In this document: one piece after another, positions 1 through 9,236 of the stretch | How positions within the stretch are numbered: the stretch's first letter is position 1 | Layout of the letters: each line of letters begins with the position of its first letter | Assembly (NCBI GenBank): GCA_017517685.1 | Contig: JAFWYK010000002.1 | Coordinates: 11,477-75,476, forward strand | DNA: 64,000 nt | Origin: Clostridia bacterium | GTDB lineage: Bacteria > Bacillota > Clostridia > TANB77 > CAG-508 | Direction of reading: 5' to 3' | The notes under the pieces: generated by a model | The model's input: only the letters and a program-made list of their open reading frames with translations | What the model was told of the DNA's origin: nothing | The model's database searches: none | Program-made: the position numbers and the translations under genes

Positions 1-540
1 GCCCTCAAGTACAGGGTCTCCACCAGTTTTTAAGACATTGGTTTTATTCCACTTGATAGTGATATTCTTAACTTCTATCTCATCAAACCAACCGGGTGTA
101 AATGAGTATCTAAGCATATGATCTTCCTGATCAATTACGTACATATGACTCTGATGAATCGAAAAATCAAAGTTGATAATTTCGTTCTTATGATAGTCTC
201 TATCGAAATAAACATATACGTACGTTCTGCCATCTTGCTTATTATACTCGATTTTTTTAATGTTGTCAGTATGGGACTCGATTTCATCCACATGTTTATT
301 AGGGATGCCAATCTTTACCCAGGAAAGCGGTCCATCAGAAGTGTCATCTAAGACCTTCCATTCAATATGGTACTTAATGTCAAGTGTACCATCAGTCCGC
401 ATATCGACCTGAATTGTGTAATCCTGAATTTCATCGAGCGGTGCAGCTGCACTTGCTTGGATAGGTGCGAACGAGAACAACAAAGCCATCAACATGCAAA
501 AAGCAGCAAGCATTCTTGTAGTTTTATTGGTTTTAGTCAT
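1..540 (-). CDS. Partial (3' end outside window) secreted/membrane protein with N-terminal signal peptide; DUF2207-like N-terminal domain
   Basis: Reverse-strand translation starts MTKTNKTTRMLAAFCMLMALLFSFAPIQASAAAPLDE...; ATG at 540-538 preceded by GGGAGGTGACGAAT RBS; visibly GC-richer than bulk genome. Confidence 0.4.
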   Translation of the reverse strand, partial: MTKTNKTTRMLAAFCMLMALLFSFAPIQASAAAPLDEIQDYTIQVDMRTDGTLDIKYHIEWKVLDDTSDGPLSWVKIGIPNKHVDEIESHTDNIKKIEYNKQDGRTYVYVYFDRDYHKNEIINFDFSIHQSHMYVIDQEDHMLRYSFTPGWFDEIEVKNITIKWNKTNVLKTGGDPVLEG

Positions 541-554
541 ATTCGTCACCTCCC

Positions 555-1973
555 TTAGAAGTCAGCCCTAAGCGGGCATGTCTGTTCAAGTTTTGCAGCA
601 AACTCTCTTGTACTTAGAGAAAGCGGTGCATTCCAAATTCTCTTCCAAGGATCTGTCAGCATGTTGCCAAGTATAGAATTAGCATTGAGCCAACTCTGAC
701 AAGGCACGACATCTCCATTCGGAGAAATGGCCATATTGCTCATGCATGCGCCACAAGTAGGCGTTGCAAGTCCAATACATTCCAACTTTTCTTCAGAAAC
801 CAGTCCCGGAGAAGTGAAGGAAATTTCCATATTGTTTTCTTGGCAATACACAGCCGCTTCTTTCAGAACTGCAAAGAGTTCATTTTCAGTTAACTGGTCC
901 TTCTTCGCATCATCATTTCTTGCATTACCAGTGAAAATAATGCCGGAACAAGATACGTACTCTACACCAAGTTCATGCAAAAACTCGAGAGTTTTCACAT
1001 AATTTTTGTTGATTTTACAAATCGGTGTATTTACACTTACATTAAGACCAGCTGCCAGCGCATTTTTAATGCCCTGAACAGTCTTATCGAAAGCATGACT
1101 TCCGGTAAGATTTTCATGTTCTTTCTTTTCGGAAGAATACAATGTAATCTGAACACTGTCCAGACTTACTTCATAAAGCCGTTTGCACAGCTCTTCAGAA
1201 AGCAAGATACCATTTGTATTCAACCTAGTGACAAACCACTTCGCGTGTTCAATGAGCTCCACAAGATCATTTCTCATGGTAGGCTCTCCGCCGGTGAATG
1301 TGAGCTGAGGAATATAAGCTTCACGACACTTGTCGATAATCTTCTTCCAGTCATCAGTAGACAGCTCTTCTACTTCTGCTTGATGCTGACCAGCAGCATA
1401 GCAGTTCTTACATTTCTGGTTACAATGCCAATGACCATCTCTAGTCATAGCACTTACCATCAGGTCCATTCTGTGAGGGGCATTCATGTATGGTGCATAT
1501 TCGCCAATACTCATGTAAGGAATTTCAACCTCAGGAATATTGCCATATGCAACATCAAGCAGTGCCTTAAACAGAACTTTCAGATCCTCCTTGAGGACTG
1601 CGTCACTTGTCTTACGGTAGATGTTCTTAACACGGAGCAGAGTATTTCTCTTAATGTTCCGCAAATCGTCTTCATCGATTTCATGTCCGCTGTAGCGATT
1701 AATCTGATCGATAAATTCGGAAAGCATGATTGTCCATGCAGGTTTGAGCGGCAAGATATCTTTACCGTTCAAAATTACAACACTGGGTGCATCAAGCTTT
1801 TCCGGACGAGGTGGAACTAAGTGAATTCTCACCACTCCAGGTCCATTGGGATTAAGGGTCGTATGTTTTACTTCCCGAAGTTCCCATAAGTACTTCTTTT
1901 CTCTTAGATTCATGTGGTTACCTCCTTGATGTATGATTTTTCTCCAAGAATTGTTTATAGCAGCCTTTAGCAA
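555..1973 (-). CDS. Radical SAM enzyme with C-terminal SPASM/twitch Cys cluster and ~170 aa N-terminal extension (RiPP-maturase-like)
   Basis: CNQKCKNCY (CxxxCxxC) at about aa 173; C-terminal CxxC...C cluster (TPTCGACMSNMAISPNGDVVPCQSW); GGEP motif; GC-richer than surrounding genes. Confidence 0.75.
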   Translation of the reverse strand: MLKAAINNSWRKIIHQGGNHMNLREKKYLWELREVKHTTLNPNGPGVVRIHLVPPRPEKLDAPSVVILNGKDILPLKPAWTIMLSEFIDQINRYSGHEIDEDDLRNIKRNTLLRVKNIYRKTSDAVLKEDLKVLFKALLDVAYGNIPEVEIPYMSIGEYAPYMNAPHRMDLMVSAMTRDGHWHCNQKCKNCYAAGQHQAEVEELSTDDWKKIIDKCREAYIPQLTFTGGEPTMRNDLVELIEHAKWFVTRLNTNGILLSEELCKRLYEVSLDSVQITLYSSEKKEHENLTGSHAFDKTVQGIKNALAAGLNVSVNTPICKINKNYVKTLEFLHELGVEYVSCSGIIFTGNARNDDAKKDQLTENELFAVLKEAAVYCQENNMEISFTSPGLVSEEKLECIGLATPTCGACMSNMAISPNGDVVPCQSWLNANSILGNMLTDPWKRIWNAPLSLSTREFAAKLEQTCPLRADF

Positions 1974-2059
1974 ACCGCATCAACTCTTGTCAGAAATTGT
2001 ACCGCGTAAAATTATATCATATTTACATAATATTTTCAAGGAAAAACCTATTATAATCA

Positions 2060-2092
2060 ATAAAAAAGACAATAGGACCATTTCCTATTGTC
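2060..2092 (-). terminator. Rho-independent terminator downstream of tyrS
   Basis: GACAATAGGaccatttCCTATTGTC hairpin followed by a T-run on the minus strand. Confidence 0.55.
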
Positions 2093-2112
2093 TAAATAAA
2101 AATTCTATAAAA

Positions 2113-3327
2113 TTATTTCTCTAATTTATGGAAGACTTTTTTACCTTTTTTAAGTATTGCGTATCCTTCTTTAAAATCTGCATCACTTAATTTATATCCA
2201 ATATCTTCAACTTTAACATCATTTAATGTTACTCCACCTTGAGCAATTAATGTTTTTGCTTGTCCTTTAGAAGGAGCAATATTTGTTAAAACTAAAGCAT
2301 CTAAAATTGAAATATTAACGTCTTCAAGTTTAGTTGTTGGCATATTATCTAAATTTCCACCATTTCTAAATAAAGCTTCAGCAGCATCTCTGCATTTGAT
2401 AGCTTCTTCTTCACCATGGATTAGCTTTGTAATTTCATATGCTGCAATTTTCTTAGCTTCATTGATTTCTTGATCTTTTAAAGCAGATAGTCTATCAACT
2501 TCTTCATTAGGTAAGAATGTAAGTAAACTTAATACTTTTCTAACTTCAGTATCACCAATGTTTCTCCAGTATTGATAGAATTCATATGGAGATGTCTTTT
2601 CTGGATTTAACCATAAAGCACCTTTGGCTGTTTTACCCATTTTTTTACCTTCTGCAGTTGTTAGAAGTTTAAATGTTAAACCATAAGAATCTTCTGTTCC
2701 GATTTTTCTTATTAGTTCTACACCACCAATGATGTTAGACCATTGATCATTTCCACCAATTTGCATTTTACAATCATATTTATCATGTAAATATAAGAAA
2801 TCATAACTTTGTAATAATAAATATCCCATTTCGAAGAATGTAAGACCAGTTTCTAATCTTGTTTTATAACATTCTTGAGCAAGCATTCTACTAATAGTAA
2901 ATTTACTTCCTATATCTCTCATAAATTCTATGTAATTTAAATCTAATAACCAATCAGCATTATTAACAATAATAGCTGCATTGTCACCTTCAAATGAAAC
3001 AAATCTTTCAGCTTGTTTTTTAATAGCTTCAACATTAGCATCTAATTGTTCTCGTGTAAGCATTTGTCTCATATCAGTTCTTCCTGATGGATCACCGATA
3101 GCTGCTGTACCACCACCCATTAATATAATTGGTCTATGTCCAGCTTTTTGAAGACGAGCAGCAACCATCAATGCAACAAAGTGTCCAATGTGCATACTGT
3201 TAGCTGTTGGATCTATACCTATATAAAATCTAACACTTTCTTTTTGAAATAATTCTCTCATTTCCTTTTCATGTGTTAATTGTTCAATATATCCTCTATC
3301 TTCTAGTTCTTTAATTATGTCTGTCAT
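2113..3327 (-). CDS. tyrS: Tyrosyl-tRNA synthetase
   Basis: HIGH motif (SMHIGHFVAL) and KMSKS-type motif (KKMGKT); class I aaRS length about 404 aa. Confidence 0.95.
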   Translation of the reverse strand: MTDIIKELEDRGYIEQLTHEKEMRELFQKESVRFYIGIDPTANSMHIGHFVALMVAARLQKAGHRPIILMGGGTAAIGDPSGRTDMRQMLTREQLDANVEAIKKQAERFVSFEGDNAAIIVNNADWLLDLNYIEFMRDIGSKFTISRMLAQECYKTRLETGLTFFEMGYLLLQSYDFLYLHDKYDCKMQIGGNDQWSNIIGGVELIRKIGTEDSYGLTFKLLTTAEGKKMGKTAKGALWLNPEKTSPYEFYQYWRNIGDTEVRKVLSLLTFLPNEEVDRLSALKDQEINEAKKIAAYEITKLIHGEEEAIKCRDAAEALFRNGGNLDNMPTTKLEDVNISILDALVLTNIAPSKGQAKTLIAQGGVTLNDVKVEDIGYKLSDADFKEGYAILKKGKKVFHKLEK

Positions 3328-3346
3328 TTTAAACGTCCCTCCAATA

Positions 3347-3637
3347 TTATAAGCTAACTTTTCCTTCTGCTTTTTTACCTTCTAATCCAGTTGTTGCATC
3401 AACTTCTGGAATATAGATACCAGCAAATTCTTCATAGCCCAAATATCGATTTAAATTTCTTGCACTTATACCTGTTGATGCTGAAATTTCTGTTTTAGTA
3501 ACACCGCTAACATAGCTGTCTGCAAAAAATCCTTTTAATTTACTTAAATCTGCTAAATCTTTTTTCTCGCATTCATGGCAAACTTCAACATCTGATGCAT
3601 AAAATTTTCCACAACGAGCACATCTTTTTAGTTCCAT
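3347..3637 (-). CDS. Small zinc-ribbon plus HTH-like protein, co-transcribed upstream of tyrS
   Basis: CARCGK...CHECEK zinc ribbon; start moved to the MELK ATG because GGAGGT lies 8 nt upstream; only a 19 nt gap to tyrS. Confidence 0.5.
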   Translation of the reverse strand: MELKRCARCGKFYASDVEVCHECEKKDLADLSKLKGFFADSYVSGVTKTEISASTGISARNLNRYLGYEEFAGIYIPEVDATTGLEGKKAEGKVSL

Positions 3638-3713
3638 ATTATTCAGACCTCCCATAATTTTATATTGCTTATTTTATCATATCTTTCGAAAAAAAGATAT
3701 AATTTTTGTAAAT

Positions 3714-4886
3714 TTATTTAATTTTATGTAACTTTTTAAAGCCTTTTCCAATTAAATCTGATATTTTTCTTAAAATACATACAACAATTACTGATGCAGT
3801 AAAAGTAATTGTAATACTTAATGCTAAATATATTAATTCTTCACCTAATTTTCCTAGCTTATCAAATTTATATAAATCAACTTTTGCAATTAACAAATAA
3901 TGTACTAAATAAACACCAAATGTTTTATCACTAAGCCAACTAATAATTTTTGAAAATCTTTCAGATTTTATCTCAAAAGAATATAAAGCCATAAATAAAC
4001 AAATACTTGAAATTATATTTAAACTTGTATATTTCCACTCTAAAAAACTACTTCTACCTACAATATCATAATAGTTATTAATTACCATATATTGCATTTC
4101 TAACTTGTATTTAGCAACATTAGCTAAAACAAACAATACTAGTGAAATAACGCATAATTTTTTATTCTTTTTAATTTTGTCTTTATTTACAAATAATTCA
4201 TATCCAAACAATACATATAAAATAGTTGGATCTACCATTGTAAATATTTTAATTGCTGTATCTGGTATTACTACAAACTTTTGTATATCTTGAATTACAA
4301 ATGAAAAAATTCCAAATCCCATTATCATTCTTCTTGCAAGATTTGGTGTATCTTCATTTTTGCAAATAAGCCATAATACAGGCATCCAAATTACAATTTT
4401 AATATGTGAGAATATATACCATAAATGAGCACACAAACTATTAATATTAACTACATCTCCAGTTAAAATAGCTCTTAGTATTCCTTGTAAATTTAAATTA
4501 TTTATAGCATTTTGTAAACACCACATTATTGATTGTTTATTTGTAATAAACATATAAAATATTTGTGCAAATAAAACATATATACCTACTGGTAATAATA
4601 TTCTTTTACCAACACTTTTCCATGTTTTTTTATAACTACGACCATTTGCAATAAAAAATCCTGTAATCATAAAAAATAATGGAACTCCATCAGTAAAGAA
4701 ACATTTCTCAAACAATCTACTCCAATCAACTTGAGAGTAGTATTGATTAAATACTTGAAGTGATAAATGAACTGCAACTACTAATAAACATGCTACAACT
4801 CTAATCAATTCAACTGAAATATCTCTTTTCTTTACATTTGTTTGTTTGTTTTCAGTTAATTCTTGTTTTTCATCTACTTTCATCAT
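3714..4886 (-). CDS. Acyltransferase-3 family integral membrane O-acyltransferase
   Basis: Polytopic hydrophobic profile with a conserved N-terminal R/H-containing helix typical of OatA/acyltransferase 3 proteins. Confidence 0.55.
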   Translation of the reverse strand: MMKVDEKQELTENKQTNVKKRDISVELIRVVACLLVVAVHLSLQVFNQYYSQVDWSRLFEKCFFTDGVPLFFMITGFFIANGRSYKKTWKSVGKRILLPVGIYVLFAQIFYMFITNKQSIMWCLQNAINNLNLQGILRAILTGDVVNINSLCAHLWYIFSHIKIVIWMPVLWLICKNEDTPNLARRMIMGFGIFSFVIQDIQKFVVIPDTAIKIFTMVDPTILYVLFGYELFVNKDKIKKNKKLCVISLVLFVLANVAKYKLEMQYMVINNYYDIVGRSSFLEWKYTSLNIISSICLFMALYSFEIKSERFSKIISWLSDKTFGVYLVHYLLIAKVDLYKFDKLGKLGEELIYLALSITITFTASVIVVCILRKISDLIGKGFKKLHKIK

Positions 4887-4903
4887 TAAGGTCTTCCCTT
4901 CTT

Positions 4904-5920
4904 CTATCTTAAATATGTATCTACTCTTCCTTTTCCATTCTCACTTGTTATTTTAAGAACAGCTCCATTTACTATAGACATTTGTGGTGAAACATGTCCA
5001 ATATCAGCATCACATATTACTGGTATATTTAATTCTTCTAATGATTTTTTAACAGCATCATTAAAACTTGTTTCATAATCTTCTCTTATAAATAGTGGCC
5101 TTCCGAAAATGATACCATTGCAATTTTCAAAATATCCTGCTGATTTCATCTGCCAAAGTGTTCTTTGTAATTCTGCTGTATTCATTTCAAATGCTTCTAA
5201 AAACCAAATAATTCCATCTTCTGAATGTCTTTTTATATACTCAGTTACTTTGTCATATTTAGTTCCAATATATGATTTTATACAATCTAAACAACCACCA
5301 ATTGTTCTTCCTTGCATTTCAATTTTTTCTGGACCTAATATATTTTTCCATTCAACTGGTTCAGTTGCATTATATCCATCTCTTGGATTTTCTGAATCAG
5401 CCCATTCTTTCTCATATTTATCGAACGAATATTGAACAACCTCTTCACCAGAAGCAATTTTTAAAGCGTCAATTAAACTTTGATGAAGTGGTAACATCGC
5501 ATAATCTTTAATTGTTTGAGCATATAATGTAGGAATATCAAAAATACTATTAAATAAATAACTAATACCAGTTATATCTGAATATCCTTGCATCCATTTT
5601 GGTTTAAGAGTTTTAATTAAATCGAAATCTAAGTAATCAAGCATCTCACATAAGAAGTCTCCCCCTGTTGCAAAAATAATCATTTTAACCTCTTCATTAA
5701 GAAGCAAACTCATAAACTCTTCTGCTCTAACTTTAGCTGATGCACTTCTACCATTTTCTTCGCATCTAACAGACTTTGTTTCAATAACTCTGTATCCCAT
5801 TTCTTCTAGTGCTTTTATTGCAATTTCTAATTTTTCTATCTTTTCTGGTTTAACTATACCAGCAGAAGGAGCACATATACCAATCAAATCTCCTTTTTTT
5901 AAACTTTCTGGATAATTCAT
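4904..5920 (-). CDS. LD-carboxypeptidase (peptidase S66 family)
   Basis: N-terminal GDLIGICAPSAG motif characteristic of LdcA/MccF. Confidence 0.7.
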   Translation of the reverse strand: MNYPESLKKGDLIGICAPSAGIVKPEKIEKLEIAIKALEEMGYRVIETKSVRCEENGRSASAKVRAEEFMSLLLNEEVKMIIFATGGDFLCEMLDYLDFDLIKTLKPKWMQGYSDITGISYLFNSIFDIPTLYAQTIKDYAMLPLHQSLIDALKIASGEEVVQYSFDKYEKEWADSENPRDGYNATEPVEWKNILGPEKIEMQGRTIGGCLDCIKSYIGTKYDKVTEYIKRHSEDGIIWFLEAFEMNTAELQRTLWQMKSAGYFENCNGIIFGRPLFIREDYETSFNDAVKKSLEELNIPVICDADIGHVSPQMSIVNGAVLKITSENGKGRVDTYLR

Positions 5921-5928
5921 ACTGCCTC

Positions 5929-6987
5929 CTATTTAATCATTTCTAAAATTTCTTTTTTAAGTTCTTCAATAATGTTATTTTCTGGAATTTTTCTTATAAT
6001 CTCACCCTTTTTAAATAAAAGAGCTTCTCCATTTCCACCAGCAATTCCAATATCAGCTTCTCTAGCTTCACCTGGTCCATTAACAGCGCATCCCATTATA
6101 GCAACAGTAATATCAGACTCTAATGTAAGCAAGAAACTTTCAATTTCTTTTGCAATTGGAATCATATCGTATTGTATTCTTCCACATGTAGGACAAGCTA
6201 CAAGTTTTGGGCTTTTATTATATAAATGACAATTCTTTAATATTTCTTTACATACAGGTATCTCTTCAATAGGATCATCAGAAAGTGATACTCTTATTGT
6301 ATCTCCAATACCTTGTCTTAGCATTACAGCTAAACCGATACTTGATTTAATTGTTCCACTAAATGCTGTCCCTGCTTCTGTAACTCCTAAATGCAGTGGA
6401 TATTTAAATACTTCTGATGCTTTTTCATAAGCTTCAATACACATATCTAAACTTGATGCTTTTAAAGAAATTGCAATATCATAAAAATCTAATTTCTCTA
6501 ATATTTCAACATGACGTTTAGCACTTTCTACCATTGCATCACTACAAGGTTTTCCATACTTTTCTAATAATTCTTTTTCAAGTGAGCCTGCATTAACTCC
6601 AATTCTAATTGGAATCTTATTTAATTTACATGCTTCAACAACTGCTCTTGTTTTTTCTTCATCTCCAATATTGCCTGGATTAATTCTGATTTTATCTACT
6701 CCAGATTCAATTGCAGCTAAAGCAATTTTATAATCAAAATGTATATCAGCTACAATAGGTATATGAATTTGTTTTTTTATTTCTTTAATTGCTTTTGCAT
6801 CTTCCACATCTAAGCAAGCAACTCTAATTATTTCACAGCCAGCATTTTCTAATGCTAGTATTTGTTTAACTGTATCTTCTACATTCTTTGTTTTTGTATT
6901 ACACATAGATTGAATAACAACTTTATTTTGTCCACCTATTTGTACATCTCTTACATAGATAGGTCTTGTTTCTGTTCTTTTATACAT
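5929..6987 (-). CDS. ispG: 4-hydroxy-3-methylbut-2-en-1-yl diphosphate synthase (MEP pathway)
   Basis: [13 protein letters not shown]...[10 protein letters not shown]-terminus and CPTCGR Fe-S ligands. Confidence 0.95.
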   Translation of the reverse strand: MYKRTETRPIYVRDVQIGGQNKVVIQSMCNTKTKNVEDTVKQILALENAGCEIIRVACLDVEDAKAIKEIKKQIHIPIVADIHFDYKIALAAIESGVDKIRINPGNIGDEEKTRAVVEACKLNKIPIRIGVNAGSLEKELLEKYGKPCSDAMVESAKRHVEILEKLDFYDIAISLKASSLDMCIEAYEKASEVFKYPLHLGVTEAGTAFSGTIKSSIGLAVMLRQGIGDTIRVSLSDDPIEEIPVCKEILKNCHLYNKSPKLVACPTCGRIQYDMIPIAKEIESFLLTLESDITVAIMGCAVNGPGEAREADIGIAGGNGEALLFKKGEIIRKIPENNIIEELKKEILEMIK

Positions 6988-6999
6988 ATGTATCTCCCC

Positions 7000-7866
7000 T
7001 TATCTTATGATTATATCTCTTTTTAGTAAATTATTTTTTATTGTTCCTGTTCCTAAATATTCATGACTAAAGTTATATATGTTATATATACCATCTGGAT
7101 ATTCAAACGTTAACATTACACCATTTAAGAATAGTTCTTCTTTTCTTTTATTAATATCAAGTCTTGGTAAATCTTTAAAAACTTCTTCCATTTTTATTAA
7201 TTTAGATTCAATATGTTCTTTATTTGATTCTAGTTCTTCAAAAGTAATCGCATCTGATATAACAAATTTATCAACTACAGTTCTGTTTAAACAAGACATT
7301 GTTCCTATTGTTCCAAGTGTTTTTGCAATATCTTCACATAACACTCTAATATATGTTCCTTTTGAGCATGAGACTTCAAATTCTATTTCATCTCCAATAA
7401 TTGAAAGTAAATTTAATTTATATAGTTCAATATCTCTTGGTTCAACTTTTACTTCTATACCTTGTCTTGCATATTCATATAACTTTTTACCATCTATTTT
7501 AATTGCAGAATACATTGGAGGAATTTGTTTTTGTTTTCCTAAAAAAGATCTAAGAACATTTTCTACATTAGCTTTTTCTAAAATAGTTTTATCAAAATCC
7601 TTTTCTTCAATTACATTACCTTCAATATCACCTGTATCTGTTTTTATGCCTAATCTTAATTTTGCAACATAAGTTTTATCATGTTCAATTAAGTATTTAG
7701 AAAGTTTTGTATATTCTCCAAGTAATACTGGTAGTACTCCTGTTGCCATAGGATCAAGAGTACCAGTATGTCCTGCTTTTTTTATATTTAATATTTTCTT
7801 AACCTTTGATACAACATCTTGTGATGTATATCCTTGCGGTTTATTTATAATCAAAATTCCTTGCAT
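7000..7866 (-). CDS. truB: tRNA pseudouridine(55) synthase
   Basis: GILIINKPQGYTS...GHTGTLDPMATGVLPV catalytic Asp motif. Confidence 0.9.
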   Translation of the reverse strand: MQGILIINKPQGYTSQDVVSKVKKILNIKKAGHTGTLDPMATGVLPVLLGEYTKLSKYLIEHDKTYVAKLRLGIKTDTGDIEGNVIEEKDFDKTILEKANVENVLRSFLGKQKQIPPMYSAIKIDGKKLYEYARQGIEVKVEPRDIELYKLNLLSIIGDEIEFEVSCSKGTYIRVLCEDIAKTLGTIGTMSCLNRTVVDKFVISDAITFEELESNKEHIESKLIKMEEVFKDLPRLDINKRKEELFLNGVMLTFEYPDGIYNIYNFSHEYLGTGTIKNNLLKRDIIIR

Positions 7867-7877
7867 ATTCTATCCTT

Positions 7878-8561
7878 TTAAAAACTTGATAAATCAATAT
7901 ATTCTATACTTTCTGGTAAATCTACTTCAAGCTTAGTTATTAAATCTTTTTCAAGAAAATCATTAATATCAATTCTATTTCCATCAAAGTATAAAATACC
8001 ATCTTGATAATCTTCTAACAATTTATAGTCACTATATTCTTTTGCTTTTTCTGTTCTTTCTTCCATCTTATCATTTCCCATACTAAGGCCTTTTTTCTTT
8101 AAGAAATATGTAACCATTACATTTTTAATATTTCCAGAACGATATTTAATATAAGATTTCAATTTGTTAGATGGAATTGAAAAACATTTTCCGTGCCAGA
8201 ATATTGTATCTTTAATATATAAAGAATTAAAATGATGGAAAAATAATTGAGAAAATAGAGCAATAATTTCATTTGTTCTATTACACTTATCTACATCTAA
8301 ATCTGCAATTACAAGCATTGGATTTGGAAATATAAAGCTAACTTCATCTGAACCAAATATAGAATAGCCATGATATTTTTCTGTAAAAAATTTTACAGTT
8401 TTTTCAAATGCATCAGTAAAACTTCCATTATATATATCAAAGAAATTTATATCTTTGCTTTTTGTTACATCTTTACCATCAAATCTAATTACTAAGGGTT
8501 CAGTAAGACTTGCTCTCATATTATATTTAGATTGAATTTGAAAAAAATAATTTCTCCACAT
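7878..8561 (-). CDS. Thg1-like protein (tRNA-His guanylyltransferase family, bacterial TLP)
   Basis: IRFDGKDVTK resembles the Thg1 VVRLDGRxF motif; YSIFGSDEVSFIF resembles the AYGQSDEYSFVF motif; AAGGA RBS before the first ATG. Confidence 0.5.
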   Translation of the reverse strand: MWRNYFFQIQSKYNMRASLTEPLVIRFDGKDVTKSKDINFFDIYNGSFTDAFEKTVKFFTEKYHGYSIFGSDEVSFIFPNPMLVIADLDVDKCNRTNEIIALFSQLFFHHFNSLYIKDTIFWHGKCFSIPSNKLKSYIKYRSGNIKNVMVTYFLKKKGLSMGNDKMEERTEKAKEYSDYKLLEDYQDGILYFDGNRIDINDFLEKDLITKLEVDLPESIEYIDLSSF

Positions 8562-8753
8562 AATTTATCCTTTCTATAAAACAAAAAGTAATATAGTATA
8601 ATTTTAAAAAGAGCAGGAGTTTCCTCCTACTCCTTAATGTATGCGATAAAAATTTCTACAATTTAATTCGTGGAATAAGTTCCAATACACAATATCACAT
8701 ACATGCACATTATACCATATTACTTCTATTAATAACAATATTTAATTCTTAAT

Positions 8754-9236
8754 TTACCAATGATAAGTTTCATTATTTGATATCTTAAATGCTCTAAAAA
8801 CTTGTTCTAGCAAAAATACTCTAATTAATTGATGTGGAAATGTCATTTTAGAAAAAGAAATAAATTCATTTGCAGAATTTAAAACTTCCTCTGTAAGACC
8901 TAAAGTACCACCAATTATGAATGTAATATTACTAAATCCTTTTACTGGCACTTCATCAATTTTTTTAGAAAACTCTTCAGATGTAAATTGTTTACCTCTT
9001 AAATCTAAAGCCATAACATATGAGTCTTTTTTAATTGCATTTAAAATTTTTGTACATTCTTTTTGTTTTATATCTTTAGCAATAGAATCATTTACTTTCC
9101 CTGGTAATTTTTCATCTTGAATTTCAATTATATTTAAATTACAGTATTTAGATAATCTTTTTGAATATTCATCAATTGCATCTTTTAAATACTTTTCCTT
9201 TAATTTGCCAACACAAATAATATTAATTCCTATCAT
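8754..9236 (-). CDS. rlmH: 23S rRNA (pseudouridine1915-N3)-methyltransferase
   Basis: MIGINIICVGKLKEKYL...; SPOUT family, about 160 aa. Confidence 0.85.
   Translation of the reverse strand: MIGINIICVGKLKEKYLKDAIDEYSKRLSKYCNLNIIEIQDEKLPGKVNDSIAKDIKQKECTKILNAIKKDSYVMALDLRGKQFTSEEFSKKIDEVPVKGFSNITFIIGGTLGLTEEVLNSANEFISFSKMTFPHQLIRVFLLEQVFRAFKISNNETYHW

Noticed and set aside
975-1820. 281 aa plus-strand ORF
   Set aside because: Lies entirely antisense to the radical SAM gene, which has clear motifs; low-complexity composition typical of a shadow frame.
7079-7672. 197 aa plus-strand ORF
   Set aside because: Antisense to truB; Ser/Ile-rich nonsense composition; no RBS.
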